Origin: an uncultured Actinomycetota bacterium
GTDB lineage: Bacteria; Actinomycetota; Actinomycetes; Actinomycetales; CAWJMD01
Assembly: GCA_963843835.1 (NCBI GenBank)
Contig: CAWJMD010000008.1
Coordinates: forward strand, 1,036,706-1,100,705
Direction of reading: 5' to 3'
Length of the DNA: 64,000 bases
Below, piece by piece: positions 40,159 through 50,025 of this stretch (position 1 is the stretch's first letter; every line of letters starts with the position of its first letter). The translations under genes were made by a program, and so were the position numbers. Under the pieces are notes generated by a model that was not told the origin of the DNA, ran no database searches, and worked only from the letters and a program-made list of their open reading frames with translations.

Positions 40159-41592
40159 TCAGGACGGGTCGGGGCCGCCGATCAGACCACGCAGCCGCTC
40201 CAGCCGGATCGCGACGTCACGCTCGAAACCCCGGTCCGTCGGCGTGTAGTAGCGGCGCCCGACGAGTGGGTCGGGCGCGTACTGCTGGGCCGCGACGCCG
40301 TGCGGCTCGTCGTGGGAGTACCGGTACGCGCGCCCGTGCCCGAGCTGGCCGGCGCCCGGGTAGTGGGCGTCCCGCAGGTGCACGGGGACGGTGCCGGAGC
40401 GCCCGGCCCGCACGTCGGCGATCGCCGCGTCGATGCCCAGGTAGGCGGCGTTCGACTTGGGTGCCGTCGCCAGGTGCACCACGGCTTGGGCCAGCACGAT
40501 GCGTGCCTCGGGCATGCCGATCAGCTGCACGGCCTGCGCCGCCGCGACCGCGGTCTGCAGCGCCGAGGGGTCGGCCATCCCGACGTCCTCGCTGGCGGCG
40601 ATCACGATGCGGCGCGCGACGAACCGCGGGTCCTCGCCGGCCTCGAGCATCCGCGCCAGGTAGTGCAGCGAGGCGTCGACGTCCGACCCCCGCATCGACT
40701 TGATGAACGCGCTGGCCACGTCGAAGTGCTGGTCGCCGGCGCGGTCGTATCGCACCGCGGCGATGTCGAGGGCCCGCTCGGCACGCGCCAGCGTGATCCT
40801 CGGCAGGTCGGACGGGTCCCCGCCCGCCTCGGCGTGGTCGTCGGCCGCGGCCCCGGCCGCCGCCTCGAGCGCCGTCAGCACGCGGCGGGCGTCGCCGGAC
40901 GACACCCGGACCAGGTGGTCGAGCGCCTCCTCGTCGGCCACTACCTCGCCCGCGAACCCGCGCGGGTCGGCCAGGGCCCGGTCGACCAGTCCCCGCAGGT
41001 CGGCGTCCGTCAGCGGCTGGAGGGTCAGCACGAGGGACCGCGACAGCAGCGGCGACACCACGGAGAACGACGGGTTCTCAGTGGTCGCGGCCACCAGCAC
41101 GACCCAGCGGTTCTCCACACCGGGCAGCAGGGCGTCCTGCTGGGCCTTGGTGAAGCGGTGGATCTCGTCCAGGAACAGCACGGTCGAGCGGTGGTGCAGG
41201 TCGCGGTCGGTCTGCGCCTGCTCCATCACCGTGCGGACGTCCTTCACCCCCGCGGTGATCGCCGACAGCTCGACGAACCGGCCGCCGGTGGCGCGCGACA
41301 GCACGTGCGCGAGCGTCGTCTTGCCGGTGCCCGGCGGCCCCCACAGGATCAGCGAGGCCGGACCCGCGCGCCGCCCGGCGGCGCTGCCGCCCGGAACCGT
41401 CGCGTCGGTGAGACGGCGCAGGGGCGACCCGGGGGCGAGCAGGTGCCCCTGCCCGACGACCTCGTCGAGGCTGCGCGGACGCATCCGCACCGCCAGCGGG
41501 GCCGCGGGTCTCGACGCGTCCACGCCGTCGCCGCCGGGGTCGGAGGCGTCGTCCGCGCTGAACAGGTCGGCCACGGCGGTCACGGTAGCCCG
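40159..41592 (-). CDS. rarA: Replication-associated recombination protein A (AAA+ ATPase RarA/MgsA)
   Basis: ...[17 protein letters not shown]...[15 protein letters not shown]...[10 protein letters not shown]...[12 protein letters not shown].... The start is the GTG at 41592 or at 41583. The upstream part of the listed ORF is an artefact. Confidence 0.88.
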   Translation of the reverse strand, partial: RATVTAVADLFSADDASDPGGDGVDASRPAAPLAVRMRPRSLDEVVGQGHLLAPGSPLRRLTDATVPGGSAAGRRAGPASLILWGPPGTGKTTLAHVLSRATGGRFVELSAITAGVKDVRTVMEQAQTDRDLHHRSTVLFLDEIHRFTKAQQDALLPGVENRWVVLVAATTENPSFSVVSPLLSRSLVLTLQPLTDADLRGLVDRALADPRGFAGEVVADEEALDHLVRVSSGDARRVLTALEAAAGAAADDHAEAGGDPSDLPRITLARAERALDIAAVRYDRAGDQHFDVASAFIKSMRGSDVDASLHYLARMLEAGEDPRFVARRIVIAASEDVGMADPSALQTAVAAAQAVQLIGMPEARIVLAQAVVHLATAPKSNAAYLGIDAAIADVRAGRSGTVPVHLRDAHYPGAGQLGHGRAYRYSHDEPHGVAAQQYAPDPLVGRRYYTPTDRGFERDVAIRLERLRGLIGGPDPS

Positions 41593-41668
41593 GCGCGCCC
41601 TGGACCACCCGGCAGGCCCGGGGCCGACCGCGTGCGCGCGGCTCCGCGCCGTTTGCGACCCTTGGTGC

Positions 41669-43915
41669 GTGCTGGCGCGACTGGGGCGGGGGATCGCCCA
41701 CCACCCCCTCCCTGTGGCTCTGACCTGGCTGGTGCTCGTGGTCGCCGGTTTCGGCGCCTCCGTCGGCGTCGTCGGCCCCGGGTTGTTCGCCCAGCTCACG
41801 GGCGGCGACCCGAGCGTGCAGGGTGAGGCGGCCACCGGCCGGGAGCTGCTGGCCGACGCGAACCCGCGCGGTCCCTCGTCCACCCTGGTGTTCGAGGGCC
41901 TCGACCTCACCGACGAGGCCGTGCCGGGCGTCGTCGGTGAGGCCCGCTCGGGCCTGCTCGACCTCGACGGCGTGGCGGACGTGGTCGACCCGTACGCGCT
42001 CCCGGCCCAGCCCGACGGCTCGCCGGCGCCCCAGTCGCTCGCCCTGTTCTCGACCGACCAGGACGGCTTCGCGGTCTCGGTGACCCTGGAGCCGGGCCTC
42101 GGCGATCGGTCCGACGAGGTCCTGGCCCAGGTGGAGTCGCGGCTGTCCGCCCTCGGGGACGAGATCGAGCGGCTCCAGCCGGGCAGCGCCTACGAGATCG
42201 GCGGGATCACCCAGCTGATCGACGAGATCATCGGCCAGACCGAGGAGGACCTCCGTTCCGGCGAGACGGTCGCGGTCGCCATCAGCCTGCTGGTGATGGT
42301 CTTCGTCTTCGGCGGCCTGCTGGCCGCCGGGCTGCCCATCGCCGGGGCGATCGCGTCCATCGCCGGAGGCTTCACCGTGCTCCTCGGCTTCGCGAGGCTG
42401 ATCGACCTGGACTCCACGGTGGTCAACGTCGTGACCGTGATGGGTCTCGGTCTGTGCATCGACTACGGCCTGCTGCTGGTCAGCCGGTTCCGGGAGGAGC
42501 TGAGGCGTCGCCCGCCTCTGGTCACGTCCGCGTCGACGAGTCGCCGTAGGCGGCGGGCACACCGGAAGGAGGTCGTACCCGACGCGGTGGCGGCGACGCT
42601 CCAGACCGCCGGACGCACCGTCCTGTTCAGTGGTCTGATCGTGGCCACGAGCCTGTCCGGTCTGATCTTCTTCGAGGCGCCCATCCTCAAGTCACTCGGC
42701 GCCGCGGGGATCTCCGTGGTCGCTGTCGCGCTGCTCGTCGCCCTGACGCTGGTGCCCGCCCTCCTGTCGCTGGCAGGCACGCGGCTGGCCCACCAGAGCC
42801 CTGTGCTGAGGCTGCCCGGTCTCGCGCGCCTCGCTCGAGGGTTCGGCGAGATCGCTCCGGACGAGGGCGTGTTCAGCCGCCTGGCCCGTCGGGTGCAGCG
42901 TCGGCCGTGGTTCGTCACCCTAGGGGTGAGCGCGCTCCTGCTGGTCGCCGCGTCACCCGTGCTGCATCTTCAGCTGCGCAGCGCCGGCGCCGAGATGCTT
43001 CCGGCCGACAGCCCGCAGCGCGTCTTCAGTGAGACGATCGACCGCGAGTACCCGACCCTCACGACCGCCCCGGTGCAGGTCGTGACGATGGCAGCACCCG
43101 ACGAGATCGGTTCGTGGGCAACCGGTCTGGCCGACGTCGACGGAGTCACCGACGTCGAGCCGCCACGCCAGGTCGGCGACGTGACCCTGGTCCCCGTACG
43201 GGTGGACGACGAGCGCGGGAACGGACCCGTCGCCACCGGGGTGGTGGAGGCGATCCGTGCCGACCGTCCGTCCGAGCAGATCTGGGTGACGGGACAGGCG
43301 GCCGGGCAGGTCGACTTCGGCGACTCGCTGGCCGAGCGCGCGCCCTGGGCGATCGGGCTCGTGGTCCTGGCGACCTTCGTGCTGCTCTTCGCCATGACCG
43401 GCTCCGTGCTGATCCCGGTCAAGGCGCTGCTGATGAACGTCATCTCGCTCGGCGCGAGCCTCGGAGTCGTCGTGTGGGGGTTCCAGGACGCGCACCTGTC
43501 GGGCCTGCTCGGCTTCACTCCCCCGGACGGCATCGACACGGTGATCCCACCGATCGTTCTCGCCCTGGGCTTCGGCCTGTCGATGGACTACGAGGTGTTC
43601 CTGCTCTCGCGCGTCAAGGAGATGCGCGACGGCGGCCTGCCCACCGACCAGGCGGTCGTCGCCGGGCTGCAGCGCTCGGGCCGCATCATCTCGTCGGCCG
43701 CGCTGATCGTCGTGATCGTCTTCTCGGGGTTCATCCTCGGCGAGCTGATGATCATCCAGCAGACCGGCGTCGCCCTCGCCGTGGCCATCGCCCTCGACGC
43801 CACGCTCGTGCGCATGCTCCTCGTCCCCGCGACCATGACGCTGCTCGGCGACTGGAACTGGTGGGCCCCCCGGCCGCTGCGCCGCCTGCACGACCGCTTC
43901 GGCCTCTCCCACTGA
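41669..43915 (+). CDS. MMPL/RND-superfamily membrane transporter
   Basis: 748 aa from the in-frame GTG at 41669: [29 protein letters not shown].... Two 6-TM bundles with the duplicated motif ...[19 protein letters not shown]... / ...[20 protein letters not shown].... The first 323 codons of the listed ORF are antisense to rarA. Confidence 0.85.
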   Translation: MLARLGRGIAHHPLPVALTWLVLVVAGFGASVGVVGPGLFAQLTGGDPSVQGEAATGRELLADANPRGPSSTLVFEGLDLTDEAVPGVVGEARSGLLDLDGVADVVDPYALPAQPDGSPAPQSLALFSTDQDGFAVSVTLEPGLGDRSDEVLAQVESRLSALGDEIERLQPGSAYEIGGITQLIDEIIGQTEEDLRSGETVAVAISLLVMVFVFGGLLAAGLPIAGAIASIAGGFTVLLGFARLIDLDSTVVNVVTVMGLGLCIDYGLLLVSRFREELRRRPPLVTSASTSRRRRRAHRKEVVPDAVAATLQTAGRTVLFSGLIVATSLSGLIFFEAPILKSLGAAGISVVAVALLVALTLVPALLSLAGTRLAHQSPVLRLPGLARLARGFGEIAPDEGVFSRLARRVQRRPWFVTLGVSALLLVAASPVLHLQLRSAGAEMLPADSPQRVFSETIDREYPTLTTAPVQVVTMAAPDEIGSWATGLADVDGVTDVEPPRQVGDVTLVPVRVDDERGNGPVATGVVEAIRADRPSEQIWVTGQAAGQVDFGDSLAERAPWAIGLVVLATFVLLFAMTGSVLIPVKALLMNVISLGASLGVVVWGFQDAHLSGLLGFTPPDGIDTVIPPIVLALGFGLSMDYEVFLLSRVKEMRDGGLPTDQAVVAGLQRSGRIISSAALIVVIVFSGFILGELMIIQQTGVALAVAIALDATLVRMLLVPATMTLLGDWNWWAPRPLRRLHDRFGLSH

Positions 43916-43936
43916 CCACCCCCACGCGGGCGCAGA

Positions 43937-45601
43937 TCAGGGTGGGGCGCTGAGGACCAGCCGGTCGCCAGTCCACCGGTGCCGGAGCCAGCGGTCGTGC
44001 GAGGCGACGAGGAGGGGGCCAGGTCGAGCCGCCAGCGCCTCCTCGAGCTCGTCGACCAGGGTGAGTGAGAGGTAGTCGGTCGGCTCGTCGAGCAGCAGGA
44101 CGTCGGGGGCGGTCACCACGAGGCGCGCCAGGGCGACGCGGCGCTGCTGGCCGACGGAGAGCTCCCCCACCGGCGTGACGAGCTCACCGGGCCGCAGGAC
44201 GCCGACGCCCAGCAGGGCCTCGACGTGCTCGTCGACGTCGCCCTCGCGTCCTGCCGCGAAGGCGCTGAGGGCATTGAGGGACGGGTCCGCCCACACCGTG
44301 CGCTGGGCGAGCAGGCCGACCCTGACGCCGGGGGCGCGCGTGATGCGGCCGGCACCGGGAGCGAGGTGTCCGGCCAGCACGGCGAGAAGGGTCGACTTCC
44401 CTGCTCCGTTAGCACCGGTCACGAGCAGCCGCGTGCTGCCGGTCACTCGCAGGCTGCAGCGGGACAGCCGGCCGGGCACTTCGACGTCCTGCGCCTCGAC
44501 CAGTGAGCCCTGCGCGTCGGTTCCCGTCGCAGGCGCCGAGAACCGCAGCAGCGCGGGCGGCTCGGGGACCCGCCGCCGCTCGTGGTCCTCCAGGCGCTGC
44601 TGCGCGTCGCGTACCCGGCGTGACACGGCGGCGTCCACGCGCTGGGAGAAGAAGTGCGCAGCGACCTTGTCGTTGTCCCGCGGTTCGCGCCCCCCGTGCC
44701 CGATCGTGGTCGCCGACGAGCCCTCCTGCGTCAGCGCCCGGAGCCGCTCGCGCTCGGCCTCCCACTCGGCGTGAGCCGCCTCCCAGCGACGCCGCGCGGC
44801 CGCCTTCGACGCCACGTGGTCGCTGTAGGCACCGCGGGTCCGGGAGGGACGCGCCTCAGCCGCGGGGGTCTGGCCTGTTGCGAGAGCGGGATCCAGGTCG
44901 ACCACCCCCGTGCAGACGGCGTCGATGAACGTCCGGTCGTGGCTGACGCCCACCACCACACCGGGCCACTGCCCGACCTCGCGCTCGAGCAGCGTCAGCG
45001 CCGAGCCATCGAGGTGGGTGGTCGGCTCGTCGAGCAGCAGGATCGACGGACGCCGGACGAGCAGCACGGCCAGCGCCAGGCGGCTGACCTGCCCACCGGA
45101 GAGCGTGCCCAGCGGGCGGCGCGCGACGACGTCCGCCAGACCGAGACCGTCGAGGACGGCGGCGAGCCGTGACTGCTGCGTCCACGCGTCGACGCGATCC
45201 AGCTCGGCCAGGACGTCGGCGTACCCGTCGAGTGCCTGCGGGTCCGCTCCGGCGCTGACCCGCGCCTCGAGGTCCGCCCGACGGCTCTGCAGCGCCTCGA
45301 CCTCGGCCGTCGCCTCGGAGAGCGCGGCGGCGACGGTCCGGCCGTCCGCGACCGGGACCTGCTGCGGCAGCAGCCCTACCGAACCGTGCCGGACCACGCG
45401 TCCGACGTCCGGCGTCTGGAAGCCGGCCAGGACACGCAGCAGCGTCGACTTGCCGACACCGTTCTCACCGACCAGAGCGAGCCGTTCGCCGCCGCCCGCG
45501 ACCAGGCACACGTCGTCGAGCACCAGCCGTGGGCCGTACCGGACCACCACCCCGTCGGCGCTGACCTGGGTGCTGCGCACGTCCGTGCCCGGTGCCGTCA
45601 C
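43937..45601 (-). CDS. ABC-F family ATPase (two ABC domains, no TM domain)
   Basis: 554 aa. Walker A GENGVGKST and GANGAGKST, signatures LSGGQVSRL and LSVGQQRRV, and an ~80-aa Arg/Glu-rich interdomain linker. Confidence 0.88.
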   Translation of the reverse strand: MTAPGTDVRSTQVSADGVVVRYGPRLVLDDVCLVAGGGERLALVGENGVGKSTLLRVLAGFQTPDVGRVVRHGSVGLLPQQVPVADGRTVAAALSEATAEVEALQSRRADLEARVSAGADPQALDGYADVLAELDRVDAWTQQSRLAAVLDGLGLADVVARRPLGTLSGGQVSRLALAVLLVRRPSILLLDEPTTHLDGSALTLLEREVGQWPGVVVGVSHDRTFIDAVCTGVVDLDPALATGQTPAAEARPSRTRGAYSDHVASKAAARRRWEAAHAEWEAERERLRALTQEGSSATTIGHGGREPRDNDKVAAHFFSQRVDAAVSRRVRDAQQRLEDHERRRVPEPPALLRFSAPATGTDAQGSLVEAQDVEVPGRLSRCSLRVTGSTRLLVTGANGAGKSTLLAVLAGHLAPGAGRITRAPGVRVGLLAQRTVWADPSLNALSAFAAGREGDVDEHVEALLGVGVLRPGELVTPVGELSVGQQRRVALARLVVTAPDVLLLDEPTDYLSLTLVDELEEALAARPGPLLVASHDRWLRHRWTGDRLVLSAPP

Positions 45602-45631
45602 GACTCGCTCCCGCGAGCGCCCCCCAGGGCG

Positions 45632-47407
45632 CTACGACGCGGGCGCCGCCTTGGCCGGGGCCGCGTCGACGCCGGCCTCACGGCGCTGCGCAGCGGTGAT
45701 CGGCGCCGGGGCCTGGGTGAGGGGGTCGTAGCCGCCCCCCGACTTCGGGAACGCGATCGTGTCGCGGATCGAGTCGCTCCCTGCCAGCAGGGCGACGATC
45801 CGGTCCCAGCCGAGCGCGATGCCGCCGTGGGGCGGGGCACCGAACGCGAAGGCGTCGAGCAGGAAGCCGAACTTCTCCTGCGCCTCCTCCGCCGAGATGC
45901 CCATCATCGCGAAGACCCGCTCCTGCACGTCCCGGCGGTGGATACGGATCGACCCACCACCGATCTCGTGCCCGTTGCACACGATGTCGTAGGCGTAGGC
46001 GAGCGCCTCACCGGGCGACTCCTCGAAACGGTCGATCCACTCGGGCTTGGGCGAGGTGAAGGCGTGGTGGACGGCCGTCCACGCGCCGGAGCCGACGGCG
46101 ACGTCACCGGAGGCCACCGCGTCGGACGCCGCCTCGAACAGCGGTGCGTCGACGATCCACACCAGCTTCCAGGCCTTCTCGTCCACCAGGTCGCAGCGCC
46201 GGGCGATCTCGTCGCGGGCCGCGCCGAGCAGGGCACGCGAGCCCGGTGCCGAGCCGGCCGCGAAGAAGATGCAGTCACCGGGAGCGGCGCCGGTGTGGGC
46301 GGTCAGACCCGCGAGCTCCGTCTCGGACAGGTTCTTGGCGACCGGCCCACCGAGGGTGCCGTCCTCGCCGACCGTGACGTACGCCAGGCCCTTGGCCCCG
46401 CGCTGCTTGGCCCACTCCTGCCAGGCGTCGAACTGCCGGCGAGGCTGGGCGGCCCCACCGGGCATCACGACGGCACCGACGTACGGGGCCTGGAAGACGC
46501 GGAACCCGGTGTCGGAGAAGTACTCCGTGCAGTCCACCAGCTCGAGCTCGAAGCGCAGGTCGGGCTTGTCGGTGCCGTAGCGCGACATCGCCTCTGCGTA
46601 CGTCATGCGGGGGAACGGGGTGGCGAGGTCGACGTCCACGAGCTTCCAGAGTGCGACAAGCACCTGCTCGGCGAGGTCGATCACGTCGTCCTGCTCGACG
46701 AAGCTCATCTCGATGTCGAGCTGCGTGAACTCCGGCTGGCGGTCCGCGCGGAAGTCCTCGTCCCGGTAGCAGCGGGCGATCTGGTAGTAGCGCTCCATGC
46801 CGGCGACCATCAGCAGCTGCTTGAAGAGCTGGGGGCTCTGCGGCAGCGCGTACCAGGAGCCCGGCTGGAGGCGGGAGGGGACCAGGAAGTCGCGGGCGCC
46901 CTCGGGCGTCGACCGGGTCAGGGTCGGCGTCTCGACCTCGACGAAGTCGTGCGCGTCGAGGACCTGTCGCGCGGCGCGGTTGACGGCCGACCGCAGCCGG
47001 ATCACCGAGCCCGGCCCGGTCCTGCGCAGGTCGAGGTACCGGTGGCGCAGCCGGGCCTCCTCCCCCACCTCGACGTGGTCGTCGATCTGGAAGGGCAGCG
47101 GGGCCGACGGGTTGAGGACCTCGACCTCGGAGGCGATGACCTCGATGTCCCCCGTCGGCAGCGCGGGGTTCTCGTTGCCCCCTGGCCGCTTGGCCACCTC
47201 GCCCACGATGCGCAGGCAGTACTCGTTGCGCAAGCCGTGGGCGACCTCCTCGTCGCGGACGACGACCTGGGCGACCCCGCTGGCGTCACGTAGGTCGAGG
47301 AAGGCGACACCGCCGTGATCGCGGCGGCGTGCGACCCATCCGGTCAGCGTGACGGTGGTGCCGGCGTCGGCGGCTCGCAGCGAGCCGGCCTCGTGGGTGC
47401 GCAACAA
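45632..47407 (-). CDS. aspS: Aspartate--tRNA ligase
   Basis: About 591 aa from a TTG at 47407 (or 47404): [44 protein letters not shown]..., ...[18 protein letters not shown]..., ...GGGSIRIH.... No ATG or GTG is available near the conserved N-terminus. Confidence 0.9.
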   Translation of the reverse strand: MLRTHEAGSLRAADAGTTVTLTGWVARRRDHGGVAFLDLRDASGVAQVVVRDEEVAHGLRNEYCLRIVGEVAKRPGGNENPALPTGDIEVIASEVEVLNPSAPLPFQIDDHVEVGEEARLRHRYLDLRRTGPGSVIRLRSAVNRAARQVLDAHDFVEVETPTLTRSTPEGARDFLVPSRLQPGSWYALPQSPQLFKQLLMVAGMERYYQIARCYRDEDFRADRQPEFTQLDIEMSFVEQDDVIDLAEQVLVALWKLVDVDLATPFPRMTYAEAMSRYGTDKPDLRFELELVDCTEYFSDTGFRVFQAPYVGAVVMPGGAAQPRRQFDAWQEWAKQRGAKGLAYVTVGEDGTLGGPVAKNLSETELAGLTAHTGAAPGDCIFFAAGSAPGSRALLGAARDEIARRCDLVDEKAWKLVWIVDAPLFEAASDAVASGDVAVGSGAWTAVHHAFTSPKPEWIDRFEESPGEALAYAYDIVCNGHEIGGGSIRIHRRDVQERVFAMMGISAEEAQEKFGFLLDAFAFGAPPHGGIALGWDRIVALLAGSDSIRDTIAFPKSGGGYDPLTQAPAPITAAQRREAGVDAAPAKAAPAS

Positions 47408-47545
47408 CGGAAACCTCTGCAGGTCGGGGTCGGGGTGACCGCACGATCCTACGGACTCCCGCCCGGTCCCCCGCACCGACTTATCGCCGTGGCATCCTCG
47501 CCCCACACGACGACGTGTGCGGGACGACGGGGACGGGAGCGTGCG

Positions 47546-48154
47546 ATGGCAGACGGGGCGCAGGACGAGGAGCTGGAGCAGGGTGGGTTCGACTGGACGA
47601 TCCTCACGCGGCAGGACCCGATGGCGATGGTCCGCGGGCAGCTGGGGTTCTCCTGGATGGAGCTCTCCGCACGGCTCGCGACCCTGACCGACGAGCAGTA
47701 CCTGTGGACACCCGTGCCCGGCACGCTCACCGTCTGCCGCCGCCGCGAGGCGACCGGCCGGGTCGTCGGTGCCGGGGAGTGGGTCGCGCAGTGGCCCGAG
47801 GGTCCCGACCACGTGGGGCCGCGGAGCATCGCGTGGCTCGTCGCCCACCTGACGGAGGGCTTCTTCGAGCGGTGGGAGTGGACGTTCGGGGAGCGTCGGC
47901 GCCGCCGTGACGACATCGAGTTCCACCCGACCGCCGCGGCCGGTGTGGCCGGACTGAGCCACTGGGTGGAGGAGTGGATCGCCGGGATCGACTCCCTGGA
48001 CGCCGACGAGGTGATGACGGTCGGGCTCAGCCAGGCCACCGAGATCGACGCCACCGCGCCGTTCGGGCACCTGGTGCTGCACATGAACCGCGAGCTGATC
48101 CACCACGGCGCCGAGATCTGCCTCCTGCAGGACCTGCACACCGTCGGCGCCTGA
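47546..48154 (+). CDS. DinB-family (DinB_2-like) four-helix-bundle metalloprotein
   Basis: 202 aa from the ATG at 47546: ...[12 protein letters not shown]...[22 protein letters not shown].... The His spacing is typical of DinB/mycothiol-transferase-like proteins. Confidence 0.7.
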   Translation: MADGAQDEELEQGGFDWTILTRQDPMAMVRGQLGFSWMELSARLATLTDEQYLWTPVPGTLTVCRRREATGRVVGAGEWVAQWPEGPDHVGPRSIAWLVAHLTEGFFERWEWTFGERRRRRDDIEFHPTAAAGVAGLSHWVEEWIAGIDSLDADEVMTVGLSQATEIDATAPFGHLVLHMNRELIHHGAEICLLQDLHTVGA

Positions 48155-48207
48155 CCACACCAGGCGGAGGGGGCTACCGGGCGGTTGACCGTCCGCACCC
48201 AGACGAC

Positions 48208-48238
48208 TTGACCCTGACGTCGCGTGAGGGGGCACGGT
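48208..48238 (+). promoter_or_regulatory. MerR-type (ptipA-like) promoter with 19-nt spacer and operator dyad
   Basis: TTGACC-ctgacgtcgcgtgaggggg-CACGGT. The spacer contains the dyad CCCTGACG TCG CGTGAGGG. This closely resembles my recollection of S. lividans ptipA (TTGCAC-CTCACGTCACGTGAGGAGG-CAGCGT). It lies 42 nt upstream of the regulator's start. Confidence 0.65.
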
Positions 48239-48279
48239 GGTGCGTGCACGCCCCGCCGGGACGTGTGGAGGGAGGAGCT

Positions 48280-49044
48280 GTGGACTACTCGGTAGGGCAG
48301 GTCGCCGCGTTCGCGGGGGTCAGCGTCAGGACGCTGCACCACTACGACGAGATCGGCCTGCTGCGACCCAGCGCTCGGAGTACCGCCGGCTACCGGCTGT
48401 ACGCCGACGCGGACGTCGACCGCCTGCACCAGGTGGTCTTCTACCGGGGGCTCGGCTTCTCGCTCGATGAGGTCGCCGACGTCCTCGACGACCGACGCGT
48501 CAGCGCCACGGAGCACCTGCGGCGCCAACGCGAGCTGCTCGACGAGCGGATCGGGGCACTCGAGGACATGCGGCTGGCCGTGGACCGACTCCTGGAGGCA
48601 CACACGATGGACATCAGGCTCACCCGCGAGGAGCAGTTCGAGATCTTCGGCGAGAACTGGCCCGGGGACGACTACGCGGTGGAGGCCGAGGAGCGCTGGG
48701 GTGGCACGGACGCCTGGAAGCAGTCGCAGGCGCGTACGTGCCGGTACACGAAGGAGCAGTGGACGCGGATCAAGGCGGAGATGGACGAGGTGAACCTCCT
48801 CTTCGTCGACGCCCTGGTCGCCGGGGAGCCCGCCGACGGGCAGGTCGCGATGGACCTCGCCGAGCAGGCCCGCGCACACATCACCCGGTGGTTCTACGAC
48901 TGCCCTGCCGACATGCACCGCCAGGTCGCCGAGATGTACGTCGCCGACGAGCGGTTCAGGGACGGGTACGAGAGGCAGCACGAGGGGCTGGCCCAGTACG
49001 TGCGGGACGCGGTGGTCGCCAACGCCGACCGGGCCAGGAGCTGA
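48280..49044 (+). CDS. MerR-family regulator with TipAS antibiotic-recognition domain (TipAL-like)
   Basis: 254 aa from the GTG at 48280 (GGAGGGAGGAG upstream): [41 protein letters not shown].... The C-domain ...[32 protein letters not shown] is TipAS-like. Confidence 0.88.
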   Translation: MDYSVGQVAAFAGVSVRTLHHYDEIGLLRPSARSTAGYRLYADADVDRLHQVVFYRGLGFSLDEVADVLDDRRVSATEHLRRQRELLDERIGALEDMRLAVDRLLEAHTMDIRLTREEQFEIFGENWPGDDYAVEAEERWGGTDAWKQSQARTCRYTKEQWTRIKAEMDEVNLLFVDALVAGEPADGQVAMDLAEQARAHITRWFYDCPADMHRQVAEMYVADERFRDGYERQHEGLAQYVRDAVVANADRARS

Positions 49045-49074
49045 ACCCCCCTGACGACCGCCACTCACCCACGA

Positions 49075-49137
49075 CCCCGAGTGGTCACGTCTGGCGCGAC
49101 ACGCCGGGCGTGTTGCACCAGACGTGACCACTCGGGG
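49075..49137. repeat. Palindromic extragenic repeat, copy C (between the convergent tipA-like and APH-like genes)
   Basis: CCCCGAGTGGTCACGTCTGGCGCGACACGCC-G-GGCGTGTTGCACCAGACGTGACCACTCGGGG. Same core as copies A and B, with 2 core mismatches. Confidence 0.85.
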
Positions 49138-49143
49138 TTGGGT

Positions 49144-50025
49144 CTACGGAGCGTCGAGGGCGGCACCGTGCGCGTACAGGGCCGACCACGCCCGGCTCTG
49201 GGCGTCACGCAGGCGGCGGGCGGCGGCCATGGCCTCGGGGTCGGGCGCGAAGCCCGTGACCTCGAGGTACGCCGTCACCGCCTCCGCGCCGTCGAGCTGG
49301 CTGCTGTCACGGGCGACGACCAGGTCCCACTCGACCGGGCCCCGCCAGGCGTCGTCGAGGTCCCACCACGTGGCGCGGCCGGCGACGTCGAGCAGGTTGC
49401 CACCGTGCGGGTCCCCGTGGAGGGGCACGAGGCGGGCGGGGTCGACCGCCGCCAGGCGGCCCATCACCGTCCGCATCGCCTCCAGCGCCTCACGGGTCTG
49501 TTCGCCGATCTCGACGGCCTCGGCGGTCTCCATCACGCCCAGCCGGGCGAGCAGCATGACGGCGCGGTGGCTGTCGGCTGCGACGTTCTCGGGCCCGGGC
49601 ATCCAGCCCGCGTAGCCGCTCAGCGACGCGTGCAGGCGGGCGAGGGACCGGCCGGCGGCGTCGCCGTCCCGGCACGACCTCAGGTCGGTGAGAAGTGGCC
49701 AGAACGTCATCACGCCCTCGGGGGTGGTGTGCGGACCGCCGGCCGGACCCGGCAACGGCACCACCACGTCGGCACCTGACTCGGCGGCCTGCCGGGCGAG
49801 CCCGACCTCCAGGCGAAGGTGCGCACCCGCGTCGGCTCGGACGGAGGCCGTCCAGTGCGCGATCCTGGCGACGACCGGGGCCGGGTGCAGGTGGACGACG
49901 GCGTTGGCACCCGCGTGCAGGAGCCTCGGCTCGACGTCCGCTCCGTCCGGCAGCAGGCCGAGTCGGTGGGCGTGCCCGACGGCCGCCGCCACCGCCGCGT
50001 CACCCGGGAGCGACGCCCCCGTCAC
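49144..50025 (-). CDS. Aminoglycoside/choline-kinase-type phosphotransferase (APH family)
   Basis: 293 aa from the GTG at 50025 (GTGA overlap with the hisS stop). Brenner motif LHGDPHGGNLL and a metal-binding WWDLDDA. Confidence 0.75.
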   Translation of the reverse strand: MTGASLPGDAAVAAAVGHAHRLGLLPDGADVEPRLLHAGANAVVHLHPAPVVARIAHWTASVRADAGAHLRLEVGLARQAAESGADVVVPLPGPAGGPHTTPEGVMTFWPLLTDLRSCRDGDAAGRSLARLHASLSGYAGWMPGPENVAADSHRAVMLLARLGVMETAEAVEIGEQTREALEAMRTVMGRLAAVDPARLVPLHGDPHGGNLLDVAGRATWWDLDDAWRGPVEWDLVVARDSSQLDGAEAVTAYLEVTGFAPDPEAMAAARRLRDAQSRAWSALYAHGAALDAP

